Positions 9,953 to 19,495 of a stretch of 64,000 bases of DNA are shown piece after piece. The stretch's first letter is position 1. The number at the start of each line of letters is the position of its first letter. The translations under genes and the position numbers were made by a program. This stretch comes from Parcubacteria group bacterium (GTDB lineage Bacteria > Patescibacteriota > Minisyncoccia > SW-4-49-11): contig CALRBF010000001.1 in NCBI GenBank assembly GCA_943354045.1, positions 343,598 to 407,597 on the forward strand. Reading direction: 5' to 3'. The notes under the pieces were generated by a model. The model searched no databases and was not told the DNA's origin. It saw only the letters and a program-made list of their open reading frames with translations.

Positions 9953-10963
9953 ATGAGGGTATATCAATTTCTAGAGAAATTATTTGGAATGGTGGGGAAT
10001 ATCAAAATTCATCCAGTAGATTTTAATTTGCCTTGGTATAGTATTTATAAGAGATATTGGGTGAGATTAGGGATGTCTTTAATGGCGGAAGTTATAATAT
10101 GGGTGTTTTTTACTACCCTACCTTTGATTATAAATTATGCGATTAAAACTCAGAACACAACTTTAGTAATATCTTTAGGAATTAGTTTTATAATGTTATC
10201 TATAATAGTTCAGACACATATGAGAAGCTATGTTTTGGCCGAGGCTGGTATTATGGGAAGTGTCTCAAATTCAGCTTATATATTCTTTGTTAAAGTTGAC
10301 CCAATTCACCACAGTACTAGAGAGTCTGGTAAAATTATTTCCAAAATTAATAGAGCCGTAAGTGCTTATGAAAACACCACTGATATCCTAACATTTGATT
10401 TACTACGATTTATAATTCAAATTAGTGTAATTCTAGTCTCATTTATATACTATGACTTCACAATAGGTATTATAGCTGCTGGTAGCTTAATAATAATGTT
10501 AACTATATCTACAATAAGCCAGATTTTTATAGCTAAAAAGGTAACCCCTAAAGATAATGATCAAGCAGATATACAATCTCAAGTTGAGGTAGAGAGTTTG
10601 CAACAAGTTGCTCTAATTCGCTCAAGCTTTGCTACTCCAGAACATATTAAGAAAATTAAAAAAACTAATATTAGAACCGGAGAAGTACAAACAACAGTTT
10701 GGATGAGTTTTATCTCAACAGCTTTTATCCCAAGAGTTTTATACGGGATATTCTTTATGGGCATAGCTTTACTTATTTTAAATCTGGTTAAGATAGGAGA
10801 CTTAGATGTAATTACAGCTATTGCTTTAATTACTATGTATATCTCAACTTATAGTATTGTATTGGCGGGTAGAGATGTTGAAAGATTAGTTTCTAATATA
10901 GAAAAAATCAAAAACCTATACACTTATATTCGAGAATATGGAGATTCTAGTTATCCAGTATAA
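9953..10963 (+). CDS. ABC exporter transmembrane domain protein (6-TM permease half)
   Basis: Polytopic membrane protein immediately upstream of a stand-alone ABC ATPase, with the pattern of a type I exporter TMD. Confidence 0.5.
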   Translation: MRVYQFLEKLFGMVGNIKIHPVDFNLPWYSIYKRYWVRLGMSLMAEVIIWVFFTTLPLIINYAIKTQNTTLVISLGISFIMLSIIVQTHMRSYVLAEAGIMGSVSNSAYIFFVKVDPIHHSTRESGKIISKINRAVSAYENTTDILTFDLLRFIIQISVILVSFIYYDFTIGIIAAGSLIIMLTISTISQIFIAKKVTPKDNDQADIQSQVEVESLQQVALIRSSFATPEHIKKIKKTNIRTGEVQTTVWMSFISTAFIPRVLYGIFFMGIALLILNLVKIGDLDVITAIALITMYISTYSIVLAGRDVERLVSNIEKIKNLYTYIREYGDSSYPV

Positions 10964-10971
10964 TAAATCGT

Positions 10972-11748
10972 ATGCATACAGTTAAGTTAAAAAAATTATA
11001 TTATTCCTATGAGAAGACAAAAGTGTTTCAAAATAATACTCTTGTTTTAGAAGTGTCTCAAAATCAGAAAAATAAATTATATGGAATTATTGGACCCTCT
11101 GGAACAGGTAAAACTACATTATTATCTATATTAGGAGGACAATTAAAACCACAAAAAGGATCGGTATATATTGATGATATTAATATATATGAAGTTGGCG
11201 ATAAGGAGCGGCGAAATATCATAGCGGTACAAATGCAAACAGCTACCGCCCTGAGAGGGACTTTACGCGAGAATTTAGTTTTTGGAATTCAAGAAGATGA
11301 GGTCTTGAATAAAGATGAGTATTTGATTGATGTCTTGAGGCGAGTGGGCTTATGGAGCCTTTTTGAGAATAAAGATGGTCTTGATACTCTAATCGGAGAG
11401 GGTGGTGTTAATTTGTCTGGAGGGCAGAGACAAAGATTAAATTTTGCAGGATTATATTTGAGAGCAAAACATTATAAACCAAGTTTAATCCTAATTGATG
11501 AGCCAACTTCTTCCCTAGATGAAATCAGTGAGCGGGCAATTACTCAAATGATAGATGAATTATCCCAAAAATCAGTCACCTTTGTAGTAGCTCATAGACT
11601 CAAAACTCTAGACCAAGCTGTAGGTATATTAGACACTTCTCTAATCCCAACTTACCCAGAACTCAAATTCTATAACAAAGATGAGTTGATGACAGTCTCC
11701 CAATATTACAGGGACCTCCAAGCCGGCAAAGCTCAGTTGGAGGAATAG
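10972..11748 (+). CDS. ABC transporter ATP-binding protein
   Basis: Walker A GPSGTGKTT, signature LSGGQRQR, Walker B LILIDEPTSSLD. Confidence 0.85.
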   Translation: MHTVKLKKLYYSYEKTKVFQNNTLVLEVSQNQKNKLYGIIGPSGTGKTTLLSILGGQLKPQKGSVYIDDINIYEVGDKERRNIIAVQMQTATALRGTLRENLVFGIQEDEVLNKDEYLIDVLRRVGLWSLFENKDGLDTLIGEGGVNLSGGQRQRLNFAGLYLRAKHYKPSLILIDEPTSSLDEISERAITQMIDELSQKSVTFVVAHRLKTLDQAVGILDTSLIPTYPELKFYNKDELMTVSQYYRDLQAGKAQLEE

Positions 11749-11756
11749 GGTTTTTA

Positions 11757-11855
11757 CTCTGGATTATTGAGAATATATCTCCTCTCTATAAAGTTTTTAA
11801 TTTACACATATCATCAATTAATGATATCAAAATATTTCCGTTTATTGAGGGGTGA
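11757..11855 (+). repeat. Full copy of the about 100-bp dnaE-3'-end-derived repeat
   Basis: Begins CTCTGGATTATTGAGAATATAT, which is the dnaE terminal coding sequence. On the minus strand it still reads ...RRYILNNPE-stop. Confidence 0.85.
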
Positions 11856-11879
11856 TATTCCAGTATAAGAAATCAGTTT

Positions 11880-12596
11880 TTAAATTATATTTACATAAAA
11901 ATATTCCCAAAATGCTTCTAATATACTCCATATACCAAAGCCGAAAAACATCAGCATTACTGAGTTTGCAATAAAGACTAAAAACAGGACTAAAAATATT
12001 ATAATAAGGGGTTTATTGTATAATCTATTATGTCCAACAACTGGATAACTGATATTGTTGTCTAAATCGGAGGTCTTTACAAGGCTAGTATCAAGAGAGG
12101 GTTTTTTGTTACGATGATACAAAATAAATATAGGAACTATAAGAAATGACCATATAAGGAATAATATTATATGTACACCTATAAATATAATAGGCAAGAA
12201 ATTCCAATCATTATTTCCATCAGGAGATAATGTCATAATAAAGCTTAATATTGTAACTATAAAGAGGGCTAAAATACTATCTCTATATCGAGACCAAGAT
12301 ATTGTCTTATAAAACGTCAAAAACCAATAAAGAAACCAAACTAAAGGCAATGTTGCTGCGGCCATAAAGAATATATAATACAGAAAACCTACGTCAAAGT
12401 TAGAGGTAGCACTTATAAACACTAGTGATAAGTATAATATCAGTATAAGGGATATCACCACGATATAATTTTTAGTATACCTATGTATTTTATTTTGATT
12501 AGGAGTAGTATTTGGTGCTTTGCTATAAATATCTTTAATTTCTTGCAAATTACTATTAACTGAGGGTTGTTCCTGATTTAAATTTATTTCATCCAT
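11880..12596 (-). CDS. hypothetical polytopic membrane protein (cassette cargo)
   Basis: Several TM helices. The N-terminus (MDEINLNQEQ...) is paralogous to 12752-13684. Confidence 0.4.
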   Translation of the reverse strand: MDEINLNQEQPSVNSNLQEIKDIYSKAPNTTPNQNKIHRYTKNYIVVISLILILYLSLVFISATSNFDVGFLYYIFFMAAATLPLVWFLYWFLTFYKTISWSRYRDSILALFIVTILSFIMTLSPDGNNDWNFLPIIFIGVHIILFLIWSFLIVPIFILYHRNKKPSLDTSLVKTSDLDNNISYPVVGHNRLYNKPLIIIFLVLFLVFIANSVMLMFFGFGIWSILEAFWEYFYVNII

Positions 12597-12636
12597 ATGT
12601 TTATATTAAATATTACTACTTAAAGAATAACATTAT

Positions 12637-12734
12637 TCTTGATTATTGAGAATATATCTCCTCTCTATAAAGTTTTTAATTTACACACATCATCAATTAA
12701 TGATATCAAAATATTTCCGTTTATTGAGGGGTGA
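12637..12734 (+). repeat. Full copy of the about 100-bp dnaE-3'-end-derived repeat
   Basis: Near-identical to 11757-11855. The left end is a decayed dnaE terminus (minus strand reads LNNQE-stop). Confidence 0.85.
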
Positions 12735-12751
12735 AATCTATTTGTAGGAGA

Positions 12752-13684
12752 TTATTTTCTCCATAGAAAATAAAACAAAAGAGCATCTATTATTGTTATT
12801 ATTAAAGCTACCATCAATACTGCTGAAACGGTAAGATCACCAGCTACTATACCTCCAAGAGATAAAAAGGCAAATCCTAAAAATCCTAATACCAAAAATA
12901 CAGAAATTATAATTCTCAATGTTTTATTAGAGTAACTTTGCTCTTTTATATAGGTAGAGGTTTTAGTATTTGCTGAATCTGTTTGATAATATTCTTGTAT
13001 ACTTTGTATTGGGTCTGTTTTTTTAAAATTATCACTATTTACCATTGATTCAGATTGTTTTGGCTCAAGTTGTATTGATTCATTTTTAATAATATTAAGG
13101 GGTTGAGTTGAAAGGGTTTCCTCAGTAGATCGAGTATTAGTGTCTGTAGATGGAGAGTTTGTATCAGATGTATTAGATATGATGTCTTGATATGAATTAT
13201 TTTTTTCAGATTTTGAAACATCACTATTTTGAGCTTGTTTATTATTTAATAATTGCATTTCAGCATATATTTTGTATGCAGACAATAATATAATAATAAC
13301 CCCAATTATTTTGGGTAATATATTCCAATCACCAAGCAACGATAGAGCTATAATTATACCAGTGACTGAAAACATAGGAATAAAGGCAACTATATTAATT
13401 TTATTAGAAAACGTTGCTATTAATAGAGAAAATATCACACTTGCAAAATATAGAAAAATAAATAAATATATAGGAAATAAAAACATTAATAATATACCAC
13501 TAACTCCATTTTGAAAGGTATTGTTCAGGGTAACATCTAATAAAAACAAAGAGTATAAAGAATATAAAACTAGTAATATAAAGTTTATAAGTTTATTAGA
13601 ATTTTTTTGAGTTAAACTTTCAGTAGAATTTTGATTAGATTTATATTTAGATTGAATTTCTTGTAGAGGGGTAGGATTATCCAT
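12752..13684 (-). CDS. hypothetical polytopic membrane protein with S/T/N-rich linker (cassette cargo)
   Basis: TM helices, low-complexity linker, N-terminus MDNPTPLQEIQ similar to 11880-12596. Confidence 0.4.
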   Translation of the reverse strand: MDNPTPLQEIQSKYKSNQNSTESLTQKNSNKLINFILLVLYSLYSLFLLDVTLNNTFQNGVSGILLMFLFPIYLFIFLYFASVIFSLLIATFSNKINIVAFIPMFSVTGIIIALSLLGDWNILPKIIGVIIILLSAYKIYAEMQLLNNKQAQNSDVSKSEKNNSYQDIISNTSDTNSPSTDTNTRSTEETLSTQPLNIIKNESIQLEPKQSESMVNSDNFKKTDPIQSIQEYYQTDSANTKTSTYIKEQSYSNKTLRIIISVFLVLGFLGFAFLSLGGIVAGDLTVSAVLMVALIITIIDALLFYFLWRK

Positions 13685-13729
13685 AATTTTATCTTAATAT
13701 TATATTTACAGTATATTATCATAATAACA

Positions 13730-16700
13730 CTACTCTGGATTATTGAGAATATATTTGATTCTAGATATAAGTTCTTCGGAATATTGTACTGCAAAATTAG
13801 TGGATTTTATTTGTACATTTGGGCTATTATAATTAGCAACTAGATATACCGGACAATTGCCTCTAGGCTCTCGATTTAATATATCTCTTACTTTTTCCAA
13901 GGAATCCTTAGAGGTATGTGGGGGGATAATAATATTAATACCTACAATTTCCTGTCCTTCAGGAGTTGTGGGGATAGTATTTGGTATACTCTCATCAGGC
14001 TCGGGTATACTAGCTCCAATATCCTCAACCGAATTACCATTATCTTTCTTTTCTTTTGTGGTAATCCAAGTATTTATATCAGTATCAGAGAGAGATTTGA
14101 CTTCTGATACAATAAACTGAGAACTTCCATCTTTATCTTGGCGCTTTCCTTTGAGAGCAAAACCTTTACCAGGGACAATAGCATCAGATATAGGTCCATA
14201 AATACTTGGGAATATAATAGCCTCAATACTATCATTATAATCTTCTAGTGTTACAAATGCCATTTTAGAGCCACTTTTAGTCATAATAATTTTATTCTCT
14301 TTGATGATACCAGCTAAAATCATCCCCGTTTTTCTTTTAGATTCTTTGAGCTCTTTTATACTTGGAAATGCTAAATCTTCTATAATTGTTTTATACTCAT
14401 CGATTGGATGAGCAGAAATCCATAAGCCAAGATAATGATTTTCTAATTCTAAAATTTGATTTAATTGTTCTGTTGGAGAAATCGGGCTATCTACTAAATC
14501 TAATACAGGTGCAGTAGGGGCGGTATTTCCAAATAAAGAATTGGTTGGGACTATGGTATTAATATCAGAAAGTTTTTTGATATATAAACTAATAGTATCG
14601 ATATTTGTGATAAGTATATGTCTTTTCTCTAATTCATCTAAAGCTCCCCCTTTGATTAAGGCTTCTAAATTTTTCTTATTCAATTCTTTTGCTGGTATTC
14701 TTTTGAAAAAATCTTCTAAAGAGCTAAATGGCCCATTATCTATTCGCTCTTGCTCAATATATTCTGCTAAATGGGAACTCATATTTTTGATACTTGCAAG
14801 ACCATAGAAAATTGTAGAATCACTGCCAGAAAATTGAGCTTTGCTATTATTTACATGAGGAGCTTGAATCTTGAGACCTAATTGTCGAGATTCTGTAATA
14901 TCAATAGCGATACGCGTCATATCCTTGGCATCACTATTGAGGAGAGCTACCATAAATTGTAGAGGATAATGTGCTTTGAGATAGGCTGTCTGATAGGCGA
15001 TAAAGGCATAACAAGCGGCATGCGATTTATTGAATCCATAATCTCCAAAAGGTTCAATTAATTCCCATAATTTTTCCCCAACTTGTCTCTCTATACCTTG
15101 TTTAACCGTACCTTCAATAATATTCGTTTTCTGCTCATCCATTAACTCTTTAATCTTTTTTCCCACAGCTTTACGCAAAGTATCGGCTTCTGGTAGCGAA
15201 AATCCCGCCACCGCTTGTGAGGCTTGCATCAGCTGCTCTTGGTAAATCATAATTCCATAAGTTGGTTTCAAAATAGGCTCCAGATTAGGGTGTAAATAAG
15301 AAACCTCCTCCTTACCATGTTTACGAGCAATATAGGTAGGAATAAGCTCCATAGGACCGGGTCTATACAGGGAAACCATAGCAATAAGATCATTAAAGTC
15401 TGATGGTTTTAATCCAATAAGAGCTTTTTTCATTCCCTGAGATTCGAATTGGAATACCCCAGTTGTTTGTCCTTTTTGGAATAATTTATAGGTTAACGCA
15501 TCTTTGATAGGAAGATTATTGATATCAATAATAGTTCCTGTTTGAGATTGTATTAACTCAAGAGTAGACTCAATAGTTGAGAGATTAGATAATCCCAAAA
15601 AATCCATTTTAAGAAGTCCTAAATCTTCAATCGCATGCATTTCATATTGAGTAGTAATAGATGTTTTTCCTCCAGATTCAGAAATTTGTAGGGGAGTATA
15701 AGAGGTGAGTTTTTTGGGAGATATCACCACAGCACAAGCATGGGTGGAAGTATGCCTCACCGACCCTTCTAATTCTTGAGCGGCATCAATAAGAGTTGTT
15801 ACTTTTTCTTCTTGCTCATAGCGAGCTTTGAGTTCTCGAGAATTGGCTATAGATTTAGCAATAGTTTTTTGTTCGATAAGCTTTGCAATAGAATCACATA
15901 GCCCATAAGAATACCCGAGAGCCCTCCCTGTATCTCGAATCGCGGCTTTGGCTGCCATTGTCCCAAAAGTACAAATTTGAGCCACATGATCTTGCCCATA
16001 TTTTTGAGCCACATAGTTAAGTACTAATTCTCTCTTATTATCCTGAAAGTCAATATCGATATCGGGCATAGATACACGGGCAGGATTCAAAAATCGCTCA
16101 AACAAAAGCTGATATTCTAGAGGATCAAGATCGGTTATAGCAAGTAAATAAGCAACCAAACTTCCAGCCGCAGAACCTCTACCCGGCCCTACCAATATGC
16201 TATTACTTTTAGCCCAATTAATAAAATCAGATACAATGAGAAAATAGTCAATATATCCAGCAGTTTTGATAACATCAAACTCATATTCGAGGCGTTCTCG
16301 TATAGGTTTTTGATCTTTGCCTGGATAGCGTTTTACTATTCCATCTTCACAAAGATACCGAAGATAATTCTCATTTGATAATTTTTCTCCTGACTCAAGT
16401 GCAGGTACTTCAAAGGCAGGAAGTTGAATTTGATACAGAGGAATTTCTACATTACAAGCATTAGCAATAGTTCTGGTATTATGAATAGCCTCTTCTGGAA
16501 TATTAAGTTCTTGAGCTAAAGTATATATTTCCTCGGCTGATTTGAGAGAATAATCTTCATAGGCAAAGCTAATACGATCAGGATTTTGAATAGTTGTTTT
16601 ATACTTAATGGCAAGCATAATATCGTGAGCTGTTTTTTGCTCAGGAGTGAGATACATACTTTGCGCTGTTAGAACAAGAGGAATTTGAGCAGATACCCCG

Positions 16701-17248
16701 AGCTCAGTTAATAGGATATTTGCTTTTAATTGGTCAGGGGTATTGATAAGTGGTAAAACTTCAAAATAAAGGTTTTCTTTAAAAATATCTTTATAAGATT
16801 TTACCCAAGCTGAAACTTTGGAAGGGGTATGAATAAGATAAGAGGCGATTTCCCCTGTATAATTACCAGTAAGACAAATAATATCATCAGAATATTGGGA
16901 TAATTCCTCAAAAGAAACATATTTATGAGTATTAAGTCGAACCAGAGAGGCAAGCTCAATCAAATTCATATATCCAGCATAGGATTTAGCAAGTAGGGTT
17001 AAGGAATAGCTTTTATTATCTCCTGCATCAAAGCTTCCAACAGATAGACATATTCCTAATATTGGTTTTATATTAGCTTTTTTTGCTTTTTCATAAAACT
17101 CAATAGCCCCAAACATATTATCCTTATCGGCAAGGGTTATGGTATCAAACTCTAATAATTGAGCTCTTGCAATAATAGCATCAATGGAACCAATGGCCTC
17201 GAGTATGCTGTAATGAGAGCGAGTATTAAGATGGACAAATTCTTGCAT
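13730..17248 (-). CDS. dnaE: DNA polymerase III alpha subunit
   Basis: PHP domain N-terminus (HLNTRSHYSILEAIGSI), polymerase core motifs, OB fold, 1172 aa. The 3' end (13733-13780) is the source sequence of the repeat family. Confidence 0.92.
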   Translation of the reverse strand: MQEFVHLNTRSHYSILEAIGSIDAIIARAQLLEFDTITLADKDNMFGAIEFYEKAKKANIKPILGICLSVGSFDAGDNKSYSLTLLAKSYAGYMNLIELASLVRLNTHKYVSFEELSQYSDDIICLTGNYTGEIASYLIHTPSKVSAWVKSYKDIFKENLYFEVLPLINTPDQLKANILLTELGVSAQIPLVLTAQSMYLTPEQKTAHDIMLAIKYKTTIQNPDRISFAYEDYSLKSAEEIYTLAQELNIPEEAIHNTRTIANACNVEIPLYQIQLPAFEVPALESGEKLSNENYLRYLCEDGIVKRYPGKDQKPIRERLEYEFDVIKTAGYIDYFLIVSDFINWAKSNSILVGPGRGSAAGSLVAYLLAITDLDPLEYQLLFERFLNPARVSMPDIDIDFQDNKRELVLNYVAQKYGQDHVAQICTFGTMAAKAAIRDTGRALGYSYGLCDSIAKLIEQKTIAKSIANSRELKARYEQEEKVTTLIDAAQELEGSVRHTSTHACAVVISPKKLTSYTPLQISESGGKTSITTQYEMHAIEDLGLLKMDFLGLSNLSTIESTLELIQSQTGTIIDINNLPIKDALTYKLFQKGQTTGVFQFESQGMKKALIGLKPSDFNDLIAMVSLYRPGPMELIPTYIARKHGKEEVSYLHPNLEPILKPTYGIMIYQEQLMQASQAVAGFSLPEADTLRKAVGKKIKELMDEQKTNIIEGTVKQGIERQVGEKLWELIEPFGDYGFNKSHAACYAFIAYQTAYLKAHYPLQFMVALLNSDAKDMTRIAIDITESRQLGLKIQAPHVNNSKAQFSGSDSTIFYGLASIKNMSSHLAEYIEQERIDNGPFSSLEDFFKRIPAKELNKKNLEALIKGGALDELEKRHILITNIDTISLYIKKLSDINTIVPTNSLFGNTAPTAPVLDLVDSPISPTEQLNQILELENHYLGLWISAHPIDEYKTIIEDLAFPSIKELKESKRKTGMILAGIIKENKIIMTKSGSKMAFVTLEDYNDSIEAIIFPSIYGPISDAIVPGKGFALKGKRQDKDGSSQFIVSEVKSLSDTDINTWITTKEKKDNGNSVEDIGASIPEPDESIPNTIPTTPEGQEIVGINIIIPPHTSKDSLEKVRDILNREPRGNCPVYLVANYNSPNVQIKSTNFAVQYSEELISRIKYILNNPE

Positions 17249-17378
17249 ATAAAATAAATATTTCCTTTTGTATATTATAGCATATTTATAATGAGGTATA
17301 ATAATGTATTAATAAGATGAGAAACATCGTAGACAAAGAGAAGAGACATGCTATACTAAAGAGAAGAAATAAAAAAAT

Positions 17379-19301
17379 ATGATCAAAGCTAAAAGAGTAC
17401 AAAAAGGGTTCACCCTACTCGAGATATTATTAGTAATAGCAGCAATAGGGATATTAGCGGCAATAATATTGGTGGCAATAAACCCCAATAGACAATTAGC
17501 ACAAGTAAGGAATGCAGAGAGGAGATCAGAAATAAATACAATATACAAAGCCCTAGAACAATATCTAATAGATACAAGGAGTTATCCCACAGGGATAACA
17601 ACATCAATACAAGATATATGTATAAATGGAAACACAACAAATTGTGTAAATTTAGGAGTATTAGTCCCCGACTATATAGCAGCAATACCAATAGATCCAG
17701 GAGGAGGGGCTTATAGAGTGGTAATAAATACAAGTAATAATAGAGTATCCGTATATGCCAGTAATGCAGAACTAGGACAGGGTATAGGTATCAATGACCG
17801 ACCTTGGACCCCTGCAAACATCAGTACGGCGCTTTGGTTGGATGCAGCGGATGCCAGCACGATCACGCTCAATGGCAGCACTGTTAGCCAGTGGAACGAC
17901 AAAAGCGGGAATGCGAAACACGCTACGCAAGCAACGGCTGCTAATCAGCCTGCATACACGGCCAGTGGTTTGAACGGTAAGCCAGTGCTGACTTGGGACG
18001 GAGGTAACGACGTGCTGAACACTGCATCAGCACTCAATCACCCTGTAAGCATCTACTCTGTTGCTCAACTTAGCGGTGCCACGAATTCAACAAGGGGGAT
18101 TGTTGGGTCAGGAAGTCAATCTTATTCCCTTGGCACTCTTAGCTCATCACCTGCTGCGACCTCCGCATATGCACTTTGGAATCCGTTCCTCAACGGCGGC
18201 GCGTACATAAACAACACGGCAACAACAGACCCTGTTGTTCTTGGTAGCACTACCGTTTCCAACGTCGAAAACACTTGGAATACTTATGTGAACGGCAGCA
18301 ATGCTGGGCAGGCAATTTGGGATACTGGCACGCCCGCGGCGCCTGGCTTTATTAGGATCGGCTACAGCGGCGTCGGCAGTGAATATTGGCTGGGCACTAT
18401 TGCTGAAGTAGTTATCACCTCGACAACCCTTTCCACCACCGACCGCCAAAAACTTGAAGGCTACCTCGCCTGGAAATGGGGCTTAACAAATAATTTACCA
18501 GCCAATCACCCATATAAATGGAATGGGACTGAATTTGGAGGAGTAAATATTACAGATACAGATGCCCAAACTTATATTGCAGCGGTAGAAACTGCAGATG
18601 GGCAGTCTTTAGAGAATAATACAAGATTAGCTATTCAAAACTTTATAGTTGGAGCAAAAACAGATGGTATATGGGATGCTATAAAATCATCTAATATACT
18701 AGCAGGAGCCAGAACTTTGACTGGAGCATTAGTACCCTTGAAGGGTACGGCACCGACAAACTTCAACTTTGTAAGTGGAGATTATAACAGGAAGACGGGA
18801 CTGGTGGGGAATGGGAGCACGAAGTATCTAGATAGCAATCGGAATAACAATGCTGATCCGCAAAACAGCTTTCACGTATCTGCGCAGATTTCATCGGCAC
18901 ATTCATTGTTGACGAATAGCACGTATATTGGTGCTGGAAATAGTGTTCCTGGACTTACTCATTTGGGAGCAGCCCGTCTAAGTGGCCTAGACACCTTGTT
19001 TTTTAGAAATCGCAGCACTACCGACATCCAAAGTGGTTCTGCTGGCACCACAGGTTTTATTGGAATGTCTAGACCAAATTCAACATCCATCAACTATCGT
19101 TTTAACTCTACGACCGCAACTGGAGCACTTACATCAGAAACTCCTTTTAACGGTAATTTGTTGATTTTTGGTCGAGTCGTTGGGCAACCATATATTGCTG
19201 GCCGTATCGCCTTCTACAGCATCGGGGAATCCCTAAACCTCGCCCTGCTGGATGCCAGGGTCACCCAACTTATGACAGATTTAGGTAATGCAATTCCATA
19301 A
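17379..19301 (+). CDS. Type IV pilin-like protein with two LamG/concanavalin-A-like domains
   Basis: Prepilin leader MIKAKRVQKG|FTLLEILLVIAAIGILAAI. The C-terminal region carries LamG-like motifs (LWLDAADASTI..SQWNDKSGN, EGYLAWKWGL). GC-rich segments at about 17800-18480 and 18720-19290. Confidence 0.7.
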   Translation: MIKAKRVQKGFTLLEILLVIAAIGILAAIILVAINPNRQLAQVRNAERRSEINTIYKALEQYLIDTRSYPTGITTSIQDICINGNTTNCVNLGVLVPDYIAAIPIDPGGGAYRVVINTSNNRVSVYASNAELGQGIGINDRPWTPANISTALWLDAADASTITLNGSTVSQWNDKSGNAKHATQATAANQPAYTASGLNGKPVLTWDGGNDVLNTASALNHPVSIYSVAQLSGATNSTRGIVGSGSQSYSLGTLSSSPAATSAYALWNPFLNGGAYINNTATTDPVVLGSTTVSNVENTWNTYVNGSNAGQAIWDTGTPAAPGFIRIGYSGVGSEYWLGTIAEVVITSTTLSTTDRQKLEGYLAWKWGLTNNLPANHPYKWNGTEFGGVNITDTDAQTYIAAVETADGQSLENNTRLAIQNFIVGAKTDGIWDAIKSSNILAGARTLTGALVPLKGTAPTNFNFVSGDYNRKTGLVGNGSTKYLDSNRNNNADPQNSFHVSAQISSAHSLLTNSTYIGAGNSVPGLTHLGAARLSGLDTLFFRNRSTTDIQSGSAGTTGFIGMSRPNSTSINYRFNSTTATGALTSETPFNGNLLIFGRVVGQPYIAGRIAFYSIGESLNLALLDARVTQLMTDLGNAIP

Positions 19302-19391
19302 TATGAAATGTTTAATTTTTGCTACAACAAAGTAATATTATAAGAGGGAAATTTTTAGAACAATGTCAGTGGGGGTATTGCCTCTATTAAA

Positions 19392-19434
19392 TGGAGGGAC
19401 TTAAAGCCTCCGCTACAAACATAAACATAATTCA
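19392..19434 (+). repeat. 43-bp direct repeat, left copy, flanking the RhuM cassette
   Basis: TGGAGGGACTTAAAGCCTCCGCTACAAACATAAACATAATTCA matches 20589-20631 at 42 of 43 positions. Confidence 0.85.
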
Positions 19435-19495
19435 AAATTGACAATTCACCATTATTCCCTCCCATGCTATAATACAATAAATATTTATCAATTAT

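Noticed and set aside
17351-18449. Antisense ORFs (17351-17548, 17410-17733, 17711-17902, 18147-18449) within the pilin gene
   Set aside because: They overlap a well-supported sense gene. They are leucine- or arginine-rich artefacts of the GC-rich segment.
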